From positions 39,310,001-39,374,000 of the forward strand of contig NW_024704742.1 of the NCBI RefSeq assembly GCF_018977255.1: DNA of 64,000 bases, in the 5' to 3' direction. The position numbers and the translations under genes were made by a program. Origin of the DNA: Callorhinchus milii. Its lineage: Eukaryota. Positions 1-12,175 of the stretch are shown in pieces. The number at the start of each line of letters is the position of its first letter. Position 1 is the first letter of the stretch. The notes beneath the pieces are model-generated. The model saw only the letters and a list, made by a program, of their open reading frames with translations. It made no database searches and was not told where the DNA came from.

Positions 1-277
1 TAGACCACTTTTGATATGTTGCTTCCAAAGCGATTTATGTGCAAGTTTGTCAGTTGTGATTTGCAAGGGGTCACCTACCTGCAGAATATGCTGGAACTGC
101 AGGATGTAGCTGTGGTCTGGATCTGGTAAAGTACAAAATAATGTACAATTAGGATACAAGAATTAGAATCTACTGGACTAGAAAAGACCTCTAAAAAATT
201 CCAAATGTAAATAAACCGATTCTTGGTACGAAAGGAAAATGGTAATGTTTTAGTGTGGAGTTAAAATGGCTTACCCC

Positions 278-350
278 TGGGTCATCATCGATGTCATTTC
301 CTATTCTGCACAAGTGCAAGAAAGCAGGAAGTGGCATAGATGGTGACCCA
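278..350 (+). repeat. Imperfect palindrome / hairpin (~73 nt)
   Basis: GGGTCATCATCGATGTCATTTCCT pairs with AGGAAGTGGCATAGATGGTGACCC (three U-G pairs, one mismatch); the centre is TGCAC-AA-GTGCA. Confidence 0.8.
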
Positions 351-672
351 ATCACCCAGAAGCCAGCCATTTAGGCGCAAGGCAACCTGCATGTGGGAAG
401 ATTGTGCACATGTTCAGGGAATGAAGTCTACACTACAATAACACTGCACTGTGCTCGATTTCCTGTGTGCAAATTGGCTTTGTGTTCATCCCCCAAAATA
501 CCGTCACATCACTTAACAGTAAATCTTGTGAAGTACTTTGAGATGTTCTCCCGAAGTGAAAGGTGCAATACCAAATTTAACAATTATTATTATAACCATG
601 TTAGAACAAAATTCGCACTATAAAGAACCATGTTATTATGGGGTTGCACTTTAGATATGTTTACTCTAGACT

Positions 673-989
673 GTGGAGTCCTGTAGCTCAGTGGTTAGAA
701 AACTCGCTTTGCAAGCGAGACACCTGGGTTCAATTCCAGGCAGGTCAGGGCGAAACCTTGAGCAAGTTTCCTTATTCCACACACCTAATAATAATCCCTC
801 CAAAACAATAATAAATTGGTCATTTTCAATCCACAACTGTTTGTGGGACACTGCTGTGCGCAATTGGCTGCCGCGTTTCGCCCACAAATATACGATCAAT
901 TCACTTTACAGTCTATTCTGTGAAGCGCTTTGAGACGTCGAGAATACGTGAAAAAACGTTATATCAAATGCAAGAATTATTATTATTAT
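673..989 (+). mobile_element. Young tRNA-Ala-derived SINE, full length, short form
   Basis: Head GTGGAGTCCTGTAGCTCAGTGGTTAG (A box), anticodon arm CTCGC-TTTGCAA-GCGAG, B box GGTTCAATTCC, Deu-like TGTTTGTGGGACACTGCTGTGCGCAATTGGCTGCC, (TTA)n tail. Confidence 0.95.
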
Positions 990-1929
990 TTATTAAAGAT
1001 ATCTATTTTTCTGTTAAATTTACTGATACAATCTGCCTCCAGCACTTCCTGGATATTTCATTCTACTCATTCACCACTCTCCATATAACGTAATTAAATC
1101 TAAACTGTCCTCTTTGCCTTCTTTCTTCAGAGGCTGTGTGCAAGTCCCCTTGCTGTATATTTATTTGACTACGTAAGATGTATTATAAAGCATTAATCGA
1201 GTAAAGTTGCTCTCTGTCAACAGCTATTATTCAAACATAACAGTAGATGTTAAATTTAGCTGGAATAATCCAATATCCCATTCTGGTTCCTGCTTCCAAT
1301 CCCATGGAATTCACAAATATTGATTCATTGGCTTGTCACATTAATAAGAGTATACAATGTGTCTTCTGCACATTCTCCAGCCTTTAATGTGCTATTTTCA
1401 AAGGTGACAGCTCTTTGAAGAGTTCCCAGGTTTGGACTGGAATGTGCACTTCAAGCCTTCAGCTTTCCGTGTCACTTCAGGAATGTGAAGTCATTTTTCA
1501 ACTACATTGTTTTTAAATGCTTAATTTTATACAATCCCATTATTTATGGTGAATGTTTTACTTCCTGGTTCGCCGTCAGTCTATTCTTGGTGACTCCTCA
1601 CCTCCCACTCCCCACTGCTCTCGCTGTTACTCCTCACCTCTCGTGTCTCTCTATTTAACCATTGCACCAAAACATGAGGGCTTCTATATTCCTTTTTTCA
1701 AGTATTTTATAGCATTGCTTGCATTTCATATTTTGCCTTTTACGTAAGGAGGATGTCTCAAAGCACTTCACACGATCCGCTCTAATCTGGTGTTACTGTG
1801 TATTTTGGATTGTGTGAACTCGACAGCCAAGCGAAATTTAGTCTCTGGATGGTCCAAAATCTGATGGCTAATCTGAAACCATTTTCAGAATGGAGCTCTA
1901 AAGCTACTTCAATGAACACAGCAAGATAA

Positions 1930-2275
1930 TAATTATGTGCGGGATGTGTGCGAGATGAGAGTGGGGACGGGGACAATTGACAAGAAGGGTGTGAGTGTGT
2001 GTGTGAGGAGAGATTTGCCCCTGGGGTCTGGGGCTGGTAGGTCTTGTGGTAATAGTGGGCAATAGGGCAGTCAGTGTGGCTGCTGCTGGACAGCCAACAG
2101 CAATTGCCATGGTGAGCCTGAAGGAGGATTCCCAGGCTGGAGCAGAGAGAGGCTGTGGGATGGTTAATGGAGATAGGAGGCGAGCAGGACGATGGGAGAG
2201 GAGGACCGAGTGGGAGTGATGAAGGGTTAAGGACAGCAATGGGGGCATTTTGGAGTAAAGCAGCTGAGGTTGGAG
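1930..2275 (-). mobile_element. Possible internal/5' fragment of an L2-like LINE
   Basis: Same C/T-rich minus-strand composition as the other L2 pieces; no diagnostic motif. Confidence 0.35.
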
Positions 2276-3234
2276 CATCTATTGTATGCACACATTTCAA
2301 TGGGAAATAGAACCAGGAAAATGTCATCTGTTTCCGCAAGGTTGTGGAGAGGGAAGAGACTGAGCTCCCTGTGCATAATTTCAACATCTAAGTGCTTGCG
2401 AATGTTGATGATTTACTTTGAGAGTTAACCACCTGCAACAATCTGAAATAAAATCATATCTCCGTAGCTCAGATCAAGGTTGTTGAAGGTGTGTTGTGCG
2501 AGAAATATGAATGTGCAGAACCAGGAAAAGACTAAGAACAATAGTCAGCTCTATATCATATTTAAACATAAGCTTCATTAAGATCTGTCCAAGTATTATA
2601 ATCATCGTGTTTAACAAAAGTGTTTGTGTAGAATCTACACTATAGATCATGAATTTGTTCAATTTTCTACTGAAACAAGATATTTAATTATGTTATAAAC
2701 TTTGATTGGTTCACTTACTGGAAATAAAGGAAAAGTGTTTAAACAGCCGAATCATATCCCATATTTATATTAACATGAATATTATTTGTATAGGTAGTTA
2801 AACATATTGAATGGAGATGATTAGTTTTATACATTTAATATTGACCCTAGGTTCCAGTGCTTAAATCTACTAATTCACACTACAGTAAATGTATAGTAAA
2901 TTCATGATGTGCATTCATTTTAAGAGAAACGTCATTATAAAGTGATACAATTCATTTTCTTCTGATTTTTTTTCAGGTCTAATCGAATAATTTCTTTACT
3001 ATCACATTTGATCAATTTATTTTGCCACATTATAGATGCGTTTCCACATGGTCAAGCTAACAGGCAATTTGTTGTTGTTATTTCTAACAAGCATTTGATT
3101 TGTTGAAAGTCACGGAAATAATGTTTTTTTTCTTGTCATGTCACCAAAACACAGAAAGAAAAACAAGCAAAAAAAACTATTTCCGATCAAAGTGTTTTCA
3201 AAATATATCCATATGGAACTTTAAATAATAAATA

Positions 3235-3500
3235 ATAATAATACTTATAGTTGAATAGCACCATTCACATCAGGAGTACGTCCCAAAGCACTTCACAGGA
3301 TATACTGTAAAGTGGATTTTTGTTTTGTGGGTGAATGCAAGCAGCCAATTTTGCACACAGCAATGTCCCACAAACAGTCATGAAGTGAATAGACAATTTT
3401 ATATGGGGGAACTTTGGCCAGGACACTGGGAGAAATTTCCTTCTCATTAATATCTACCTGAACAGGCAGATAGGGCCTTGGTTTAACATCTCATCCATCT
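3235..3500 (-). mobile_element. Old SacSINE1/DeuSINE-like fragment
   Basis: Reverse complement contains the Deu block (CCTGTTCAGGTAGAT...TGTTTGTGGGACATTGCTGTG) and an L2-type tail. Confidence 0.8.
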
Positions 3501-3977
3501 TGGTCAATGTCTCATTGCAGCGGATAAAATGTCAGCTCAGTATGAGGCAGTCTTTGGCTGTGGAGATCAATCGTGCATTCTTTGCAAGACTAGGGCATGG
3601 CCTTCTGCCTTGTAGGTTCCTGTGTGCAGCAGTAAAAAGGCCATATCATATTTGAGGTGACCATTGATTCTACAACCAACCATAAATTTGCCTAACCTAA
3701 CATCTGAGCTCTGCAAAATTAAGCCTGTCAGCCAACAAACCTGGTTACAGCAATTCTTCAAAGAGAAAGTGACATTTTAAGTAAGATTTGTTACAGTAAG
3801 TATACTTTGATGTGGTACATTTCAGTACATTCACTGTGAGGAAATGCATTGAGGAAAGCACAGAAAAATAGTGGTGCCTGCAGCACTCAGGTTAGTTTTT
3901 TCAGCATTACAGCCTCAAGGTTTTCATTTCCATCGTTCTTTCAATCTAATTCAGTAACACCAGCCTCAGGACCAATA

Positions 3978-5170
3978 ATTACAACAACAGCTTGCATATA
4001 TAGCACTCTCCACTCAGGGTAACGTCTTAGAGTGCTTAACAGTGGGGGAGCCTGACTCCGAGCTGGGGGTGGTGGCCGTAAGCACGGTCAAAGAGGAAAG
4101 TTTTCAGGCAGGACTTGAAAGAGGGCAGAGAGGGGGCAAGGCAGAGGGATTGAGGGAGAGTGTTCCAGAGTTCTGAAGCATAATTGCTGAAAGCACGACC
4201 TCCGATGGTGGGGCGGAGGTTGTGAAGGACGAGCAGGAGATTGGTGCAAGTCGAGCAGAGGTGCCGGGTAGTGGATTGAGGAGTGAGGAGGCCGGAGAGG
4301 TAGGGAGGTGCCAGGGAGTGAATGGATTTGAACACGAAAGTGAGGATCTTGAAGTCGATCCGTTTGGTGATGGGGAGCCAGTGGAGCCTGGCCAGAACTG
4401 GTGAGATGTGGGTACAGAGCACATAGATAAGGAAAAGAATAGCGCCAAGGATGGAGCCCTGGGATATCCCGCAGGTGACTGGGTGGGGGGCAGGAGGAGA
4501 AACCATTTTCTGAGATGAAATGGAGGCGGTAGATTAAGTAGGACTCAAATCATGCGAGTACCGTCCCGCTAAGGTAGATGAGAGAGGAGAGACGGTGGAG
4601 GAGGATGGCGTGGTCGACTGTGTCGCACGTGGCAGAGAGATCCAGGAGGACAAGGAGGCAGAGGGAGCCCTGGTCACAGATAGAGAGAATGTCAATTGTG
4701 ACTTTAACAAGTGCTGTCTCTGTGTTGTGGGCAGAGCGATAACCAGACTGCAGGGCCTCGAGGAGGGAGAGGTGTGACTGAAGTTGACCTGCAACAATGC
4801 ATTCCAGGACTTTAGCAAGGAAGGGCAGGTTGGAGATGGGATAGTAGTGTGAGAGATTAGAGGGATCAAGGGTGTTTTTTTTTTGAGAAGGGATGTGATG
4901 ACAGCGGTTTTCAGGAGGAGTGGAAGAAGAGCCTGAGGAGAGAGATTGGTTGATCGTGTCGACCAGGAGGGGATAAAGAAGGGGGAGTTGAGTGACCAGC
5001 AGCTGGGTGGGGAAGGGGGTCAAGATAGCAGGTGGTGAATTTCATCCGGGTGATTGTGGTTGAGAGGGAGGAGGGAGAAATGCGGGCAAAGGAGTGTAAG
5101 GAGGGGAAAGGCAGTGTGGATGGTCTGGGTGGGGTGGAAGGGGACATGTGGGGGGAGGACAATGCAGCCA
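3978..5170 (-). mobile_element. L2-clade LINE fragment, RT region and 3' end, internally deleted
   Basis: Broken frames give PISNLPFLAKVLE, QSGYRSAHNTETALVKV, LLDLSATCDTVDH, GISQGSILG, LHWLPITKRIDFKIL; (TTG)n-like tail. Confidence 0.93.
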
Positions 5171-5929
5171 AGTAGATGTTTTCAATTTTTGAGGCAAAGA
5201 AGTCTAGGACCTCTTCACACTTGGAGTTTGATCTTAATTACCTTAAATTCCTGCCAGGGAAATGCCCTCCAGGGGACTATGGATTCAACAGTGAAGTGGA
5301 AATGTGGTAAATATCAGGATTATGCTTTATTATTTGCCCAGTATTCCCTAGGAAAAAATGGCTCTTTCACTGTAAAATTGGATGATTCTTTGATTTGTGC
5401 AGCAATTTTAGGGCTTTATCAGCCAGAAAGAACAATAGAATAATGTCATTATTTGTCGATAAACAGCAGCACAGGGTAATAAATCAAAACAAGTGATTAA
5501 TGCTTGTACAAGATGCAGTAAGAAAATATTTGTGACTCAGAGTCTATGTACAGTGATATAAACTGCTCATTTATCTTCAGTGGATGCGATTCAATCGCAA
5601 AAGTAAACGGAACAGTTTCTAACTTTAGGTCTGATGCTGTGTTTACACTAGTCTTTCAAGTTGACTTATATATAAGAATGGCCCTAAAGCATTGTTATAA
5701 ATTGGGTTGGTGGTTGTGATCTGCAAGAAACGCACTCAGCAGATAGCCGGATGAAGGTGGTTTCTCCAGCCAAGGGACTATTTGTTGCAGCCTTACTCTC
5801 GGTGTATGGAGACAGTGGGGCAAAACTAGTCAGTCTCTGCTTCAATAAGACCATGTTTAAGTTCTCCAAAAGACCTGAACTTTGTTGAAGCTTTTAATAT
5901 TATTAAAGAAAATATTGTAGCTGTGTTTT

Positions 5930-6605
5930 TTTCACCTCTGTGTTAGAAGGGTGTGGGTTTAAACCCCTTGTTCAGACTTTGAATTGATATCGTCTAGATT
6001 GCCATTCCAATGTATTAATGGGGGTGTGCTTCTTAACCGGACGTGCTGTTGAGATGATATGTTAAACTCAAGCATTATTTGAAAAGAGAAGTGAGTATCT
6101 CTTAGTTTCCAGGCCAACAATCGCCCAAATAAAATTGCTCATTCACCTCATGGCTGTTTATAGAACAATGTGGTATGAAAACTAGCTGCCCTGCTCACCC
6201 ACAAAATAGACAGTTGCTAGATTTTACAGTGTAAGCGTGTCAGTCTGGTGAGTGATAGCATTCTCACCTCTGAGCCAGAAGGTTGTGCATTTGAGCCCCG
6301 TATCGGGACTTGGAATTACATAGTCTAAACTGACACTTTAATGCAGCTTCAATGGGTGTGTTCATTGTCTGAGTTGTTCTTCAGATGAGACGTTAAACCA
6401 ACGTCCTGTCTGCCTGTTCAGGTGGATGTTAAAGATCCTGTGGTACTATTTGAAATGAGAAGGGAGGTTCTTCCTGTGTCCTGGCAAGCAATCCCCCAAA
6501 TAAAATTGGTCATTCAGTCCATGGCTGTTTGTGGGACACTGCTGTGTACGTCTGGCTGCCGTATATTGTTCACAAAATTTACAGTCAATCCACTTTACAG
6601 TAAAT
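5930..6605 (+). mobile_element. Two tandem old SacSINE1/DeuSINE-like copies
   Basis: Head CTCACCTCTGAGCCAGAAGGTTGTG and Deu domain GATGAGACGTTAAACC...CCTGTTCAGGTGGATGTTAAAGATCC...GTGTCCTGG; a more decayed copy lies at ~5930-6235. Confidence 0.8.
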
Positions 6606-6608
6606 CAG

Positions 6609-6782
6609 AGTCCCACAAACAGTCATGGAATGAAGTGACCAATTTATTATTTTTTTTCTTGAGGGATTATTATTAGGCATGTGGAGTAAGGAAACTTGCC
6701 CAAGGTTTCACCCTGTCTGGGAATCAAATCCAGGTCTCTCGCTTGCAAAGTGAGTGCTCTAACCACTGAGCTACAGGACCCC
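6609..6782 (-). mobile_element. Young tRNA-Ala SINE, 5' half
   Basis: Reverse complement of the head, CCTTGGGCAAGTTTCCTTAC and the start of the Deu-like block. Confidence 0.9.
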
Positions 6783-7311
6783 AGATACATTATATCTGAT
6801 GTAATGATTATTATCATTATACACTGTGAAGTTCTATGAGATGACCACCTGAATGAAAGGCACTATATCAAATGCCTGTATTTTTTATTATTATAAAAGC
6901 TTTTAGAAGGGAATTTCTGGACAAGGACACTTTTCTTTCAAAATCCTTTATCTCTTTTGAGAGCTGTTTTGGAGCTCTATTACATTTTGCTCCAAATAGC
7001 ATGATTTCAGGTACTTTCATGTTCTTTTGGTAGGGAAGGATTCCTTGTGTTGTACTTGGGAAGCAAAAAAATCTATCAAAGTTCCTGGATGGTATAGTTT
7101 GTACAGGCGAGAGGAGGCCAGTTCCTTGGTTGCCAGGTAAGGCTGTAACTGATTTAGAGATACCCAATTCTAGATTAACTTTAAAACTAACCAAGTGAGT
7201 CACAAACTGAAGCCTGAATTAATTAGAAATTTGAGCATGATCTAACTGCCAGAGAAATGAGAAAGGACCTGGAAGCATTAAAGAGAGAAGGGAATATTGC
7301 CCTGGAAAATA

Positions 7312-7621
7312 AAATAATAATTGTAATCCTTGTATTTGTTACAGTGCCTTATCACGTTGTTGAGATGTCTCAAAGCGCTTCACAGGATTTTCTATAAAGT
7401 ATATACTGTGTATTTTGTGGGTGAAACATGGCAGCGACTTATGCACAGCAATGTCCCACAAATAGCCATGTACTGAGTGACAATTTTTTTTAATTTGGGG
7501 ATTGTTGGGCAGGACACCAGGAGATACTCCCTTTTTTGATCAGCACCTTCGATTTCTAACATCCACCTGAACAGGCAGAAGGGTCCTTGGCTTAATGTTT
7601 CACCCAAAGGACTGAGACGCT
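7312..7621 (-). mobile_element. Old SacSINE1/DeuSINE-like fragment
   Basis: Deu block and tail on the minus strand, abutting the tail of a young SINE. Confidence 0.8.
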
Positions 7622-7936
7622 TAATAATAATAAGAATCTTTACATTTGATATAGCGCTTTTCACGTCGGGAGGACGTCCCGAAACGCTTCACAGAACACA
7701 CTGTAAAGTGAATTGACTGTATATTTGTGGGCGAACGCGGCAGCCAATTGCGCACAGCAATGTCCCACAAATAGTCATAGATTGAATATGACCAATTTAT
7801 TATTGTTCTTGGAGGGATTATTATTAGGTGTGTGGAGTAAGAAAACTTGCCCAAGGTTTCGCCCTCTGCCTGGAACTGAACTCAGGTCTCTCGCTTGCAA
7901 AGCGAGTGCTCTAACCACTGAGCTACAGGACTCCAC
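7622..7936 (-). mobile_element. Young tRNA-Ala SINE, full length
   Basis: Close match to the reverse complement of 61635-61959. Confidence 0.95.
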
Positions 7937-8110
7937 GTAATCATTTGGATTTGGTTCCCTCTGCTTTATGTACTTGCTGGCCTATGGCTTTGTTTCACAA
8001 TTAATGCTGTTTCTCCATGAAACATTTAGAAATAAATCTTTAGTCGATGATTTTTTCAGGTAAGCGCCGTGTGTGTTTATACTCTATCCGAGGAGGAAAA
8101 CACTGCTTAC

Positions 8111-8182
8111 CTGCTGGGGGGCAGACTTGGTTTCATATTTTCTCCTCCAATAGATCTATGTTGCACTGTTTTCGTAAATTGC
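8111..8182 (-). other. Candidate spliced exon (72 nt)
   Basis: Minus strand tattattttctctatcag|GCAATT...CCAGCAG|gtaagc; one open frame, QFTKTVQHRSIGGENMKPSLPPS; no recognised homology. Confidence 0.35.
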
Positions 8183-8646
8183 CTGATAGAGAAATAATAA
8201 ACTTATTCTGAGCAAAATCAAAATTGTTTTCATTACTTTACTTAATACAGTTTACACATGATCAATACTAAGTGCACGATAAACTCTTTTGTTTCTATTA
8301 AACCCAGGTAAAACCCAAAGGTAGAAAATAAACACAAACATTCAAAATTAATAATTTACATTATTGACATTTGCATTGCATGTTTGAGGTAACTACACAG
8401 GAGTCACTGGAAATAAAATGTAAAGAATTATGCTGGGACTGATTGAAAAAATCATTGCATCAGTGTATTTTTTAAAAAATCATCCCTTCCCCAGAGCGCA
8501 ATGGTTATGTCCAATAAAATTTCCAAGCTAAATCTGCCCTGAATGCAGAGATTGGTGTTTGAGTGCAGCTAATATGATTAAGTTAGTGAAGAGGCACTTA
8601 AATGCTGCCTCCAGAAGCTCAAATGAAACTTGGGTTTGATTAGTAT

Positions 8647-8893
8647 TAATAATAATAATAATCCTTGCATTTGATATAGCGTTGTTCACATCTTCTAGAG
8701 GTCTCAAAGCACTTCACTCACAGAATATACTGTGAAGTAAATTGACTGTATATTTGTGGGCAAAATGCAGCAGCAAATTGTGCACAGCAGTGTCCCGCCC
8801 TGCCAGGAGTCGAACACAGGTCTCTCACTTGCAAGGCGAGCGCTTGAACCACTGAGCTACAGGACTCCACAACCACTGAACTACAGAACTTCC
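8647..8893 (-). mobile_element. Young tRNA-Ala SINE with internal deletion and duplicated 5' end
   Basis: Head joined directly to GGGACACTGCTG; ACCACTGAGCTACAGGACTCC is repeated imperfectly at ~8872-8893. Confidence 0.88.
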
Positions 8894-10129
8894 TCGTTCT
8901 AGCATTATAAATAATAATACTAGAACAAGTGTTCCATTTGATATAGCACTCTATCATATTGTTGAGACATTTCAAAGTGCTTCAAAGGATATACTGTAAA
9001 GTGATGCGTCAGTGTGTATTATTGTGGACAAAGTGAAACTCAGTGGAAGAAAAAGGAGTTAAATGGTTTGAGGGAGGAAAATAGAAGAGGAGAGAAAGAC
9101 TGACTGAATCTAGCTGCAACACCAGATTGCTTTGTCTCTTTCACTTGTTTGTTTAACATTCTGTGCAAAGCTGATGATGGAAAGATTCTCCTGACATTGG
9201 TAAAGAATAGCAAAGCACAGGAGCAATCACAAGCAATAATTAGATTGTTCTTCATGGCTGTTCCTTGCAGAATTTGACTAAGAAATGAACTGTGAAAAAG
9301 ATGGTAGATGGCCTTATCATGCTAATGAATAAGTGGCAGGTGGGCGGCAGGGTATTGCTGGCTTATGAACAGGCTGCTCTCCCGCAGTGGTTTCCATATA
9401 AATAGTCTTTTTTCTGAGCTGGGCTGTTTCCGGGAGATAGAGAAGTGGAGAGCAATCGCTTCTCCTGAGGGAAGTAAGGAAACATCAGAGGGCAGATCAC
9501 CCTTCACTAGATAAATACCTAAAAAAGAATCAGCTAAAGGGGTATGGGGAAAGGGCATGTAAATAGAACTGAAAGGAATGCCCTTAAAAGAGCCAGCACA
9601 GACACAGTGGCCTGAATGGTCTCTTGTACTGTATAATTCTATGGTTCTTTGGTTATACTTGCCTCACCCACTCACCCACATAGGCAGTGAAAAAANTGCG
9701 ATTAGCTGTGCCACTTGGCCATCCTTTTTGGAAGGAAAAGTTTGTGAGAAAGTGAAAGAAGAGAAATTGAGAAAGGGTCAAAATAACTTATAAATGTAAT
9801 GGTTCAACAAATGTTGTTTTCTTTCAAACCAAATCCGTGTTGAAGTACAACTAAAATTAAAAAGTACAATTGCAATAGATGAGTGCTAACATCATCAAAA
9901 AGATACACATATCACAAGGTCACAAGAGTAGTTTGGATGAAAAGCGCCCTTTGGCCCACCTGATCTCATCCCTCCCCACTATCGTCTCCCATTACAGCAC
10001 CAAGCTGCATTTTAAATGAGTTCTGTGTGCTGGGCTCAACCACTGTTCCCAGCAAACTGTTTCAGTCATTAATTTTGTATTTGGAGGTCTGCTTGCTCTA
10101 GTTTTACTCGGAAAATGTTTTCTCCTACC

Positions 10130-10990
10130 ACTGCTGCAATATCATATGTGGCAAACTCCAAGGCTCTATCGCTGGCCTCCTCCCTTTTCTCATTTCATGC
10201 TCCATCTCGGTGATGTCACCACAGACACTTTTCCACCTCTAGCCTCAACCCTAGGTTCACTGATGTTCTGTCCACTTCCTTGTCAGACATCAAGGCCTGG
10301 ATGAGCACCAATGTTCTGCAACTGAATGTTGACAAGACAGAAGCCATATTCCTTGGTTCCTGTCAATGTTTTCTAACTGACCTCCTTAACCTCACTGACC
10401 TATCCCTCAGACTCACAGAACCTGTGTGAAACCTTAGCAACCTGTTGCTCTTTGTACCCCGCATCCGGTCCCTGACTACTGTCCTCCACCTCTGCCACAT
10501 TGCCCACAAATATACAGTCAATTCACTTTACAGCATATTCTGTGAAGCGCTTTGAGACATCAAGAATACATGAAAAGCGCTATATCAAATGCAAGGATTA
10601 TTTTTTTTATTATATCTCTCACCCAATGCAGCAGAAACCCTTATCCACACTTTCATCACCTCCTGCCATGATTTCTCCAATGGCCCTCTCATTGGTCTCC
10701 CCAACTCCATCATTCATGAAATCTAATTGACTCGAAACTCTGCTAACCATATCCTCACCCATATCAAACTCTGCACACCCATCATTCCAGTTCTTAGCAG
10801 CCTCCACTGCCTCTCTATTGCAGAATGGATCCATTTCAAGATCCTTACACTCACTTACAAATCAATTCATGCCCTAGCACCTCCTTACCTCTTCGACCTG
10901 CTCAAACTCACTCATACCCACATCGCTCAACCCACTCTGGTCTTTTGCATGCTCCTTATACCCTGTACTCCACCATCAGCAAATGAGATT
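10130..10990 (+). mobile_element. Decayed L2 fragment with a SINE 3' piece inserted at ~10500-10612
   Basis: WM...LQLNVDKTEAI-like and IHFKILTLTYKSIHALAPPYL translations flank a SINE tail. Confidence 0.85.
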
Positions 10991-11069
10991 TTTTTCATGC
11001 ACAGAGCAGTTATGATATGGAATATAATAATCCTAATAATCCTTGCATTTGATATAGCGCCTTGTCACT

Positions 11070-11899
11070 TAGAATCATAGAATTATACAACACAGAAGGA
11101 GGTTATTCGACTAATCGTATCTGTGCCAGCTCTTTTAAAAGAACTATCCAAATCAATCCCACTCCTCCACTCTCTCCCCATAACCCTGCAAGTTGTCCTC
11201 CCCAAATAATTATCTACTTCTCTTTTAAAAGCTGTTTAAGCTTCCACCACCCTTTCAGGCAATGCATTCCAGATGTGAAGAACTCTGTGTGAAAAAATTC
11301 TTCACCTGTTTCTTTGAACAACTATTTTAAATCGATGTCCTCAGGTCACCGACCCACCTGCCAGTGGAAATAATTTCTCCTTGTTTACCTTATCGAATCG
11401 CTTCATAATTTTGAAAATTTCATTTAAATCTCCTCTTAACCTTCTCTCCTCCAAGGAGAATAATCCTAGCTTCTCTAGCCTCTCCTGATAACTGAAGTCC
11501 CTCATTCCTGGTACCATCCTGGTAAATATCCTTTGCATCCTCTCCAATGCCTTAATATCCTTTGTAATAATAATAATAATTCTTGCATTTGATATAGTAC
11601 TTTACACGTCTTCTAGACATCTCAAAGCGCTTCACAGAATATACTGTAAAGTGAATTGATTATATTTTCAGGTGAAATGCAGCAGTCAATTGAAGTGACC
11701 AATTTTATTTTTTTCTTCAGGGATGATTATCCGGCATGCGGAGTAAGGAAACTTGCCCAAGGTTTCGCCCCACCGGGAATCAAACCCACGTCCTCTCCCT
11801 TGCGAAGCGAGTGCTCTAACCACTGAGCTACAGGACTCCACATCCTTCCTGAAGTGTGGTGCCCAGAACTGGACACAGTACTCTAGATGAGGCCTAACT
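11070..11899 (-). mobile_element. CR1 LINE 3' end, interrupted by a SINE
   Basis: RPHLEYCVQFWAPHFRKDV and ERMQRIFTRMVPGMRDFSYQERLEKLGLFSLEERRLRGDL; 3' end ...ATTCTATGATTCTA. Confidence 0.92.
11565..11840 (-). mobile_element. Young tRNA-Ala SINE inserted in CR1
   Basis: Head and (TTA)n tail present; ATCCTT of the CR1 target appears on both sides. Confidence 0.9.
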
Positions 11900-12175
11900 T
11901 CTTCAAGATGTCTCAAAGCGCTTCAGAGAATATACTGTAAAGTGAGTTGACTGCATATTTTGTGGGCGAAACAAGGCAACCAACTATGCACAGCAGTATC
12001 CCACAAACAGTCGTGGATATAGTGACCAAATTATTATTATTATTTTTTGGGGGAGGAATTATTATTCCTGGAAAAGTGATCCACCAATCGACTAACAACC
12101 GGGTTCCTACTCACTGCTAGGTAAACAGAGGCATGTCGAGTAAGGAAACTTGCCCAACGTTTTGTCCTGTCAGGA
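11900..12175 (-). mobile_element. tRNA-Ala SINE family, long form, 5'-truncated
   Basis: Contains CCTCTGTTTACCTAGCAGTGAGTAGGAACCCGGTTGTTAGTCGATTGG on the minus strand. Confidence 0.85.

Noticed and set aside
4..125. Plus-strand open segment TTFDMLLPKRFMCKF...VAVVWI
   Set aside because: Acceptor context is cut by the window edge, no homology is recognised, and it overlaps a competing minus-strand candidate.
275..305. 31-nt minus-strand exon (IGNDIDDDPG)
   Set aside because: Lies in one arm of the 278-350 palindrome, which explains the sequence better.
673..750. tRNA-Ala gene
   Set aside because: No complete acceptor stem, and it continues into a SINE body in every copy.
666..933. Recurrent short ORFs such as ...AVCGTLLCAIGCRV... 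and ...QSIHFTVCSVKRFGTS...
   Set aside because: Chance translations of SINE copies, not a protein family.
6868..7203. 111-aa ORF in mostly unique DNA
   Set aside because: No recognisable domain and no convincing splice boundaries.
9696..9696. Single N base
   Set aside because: Assembly ambiguity, not biology.
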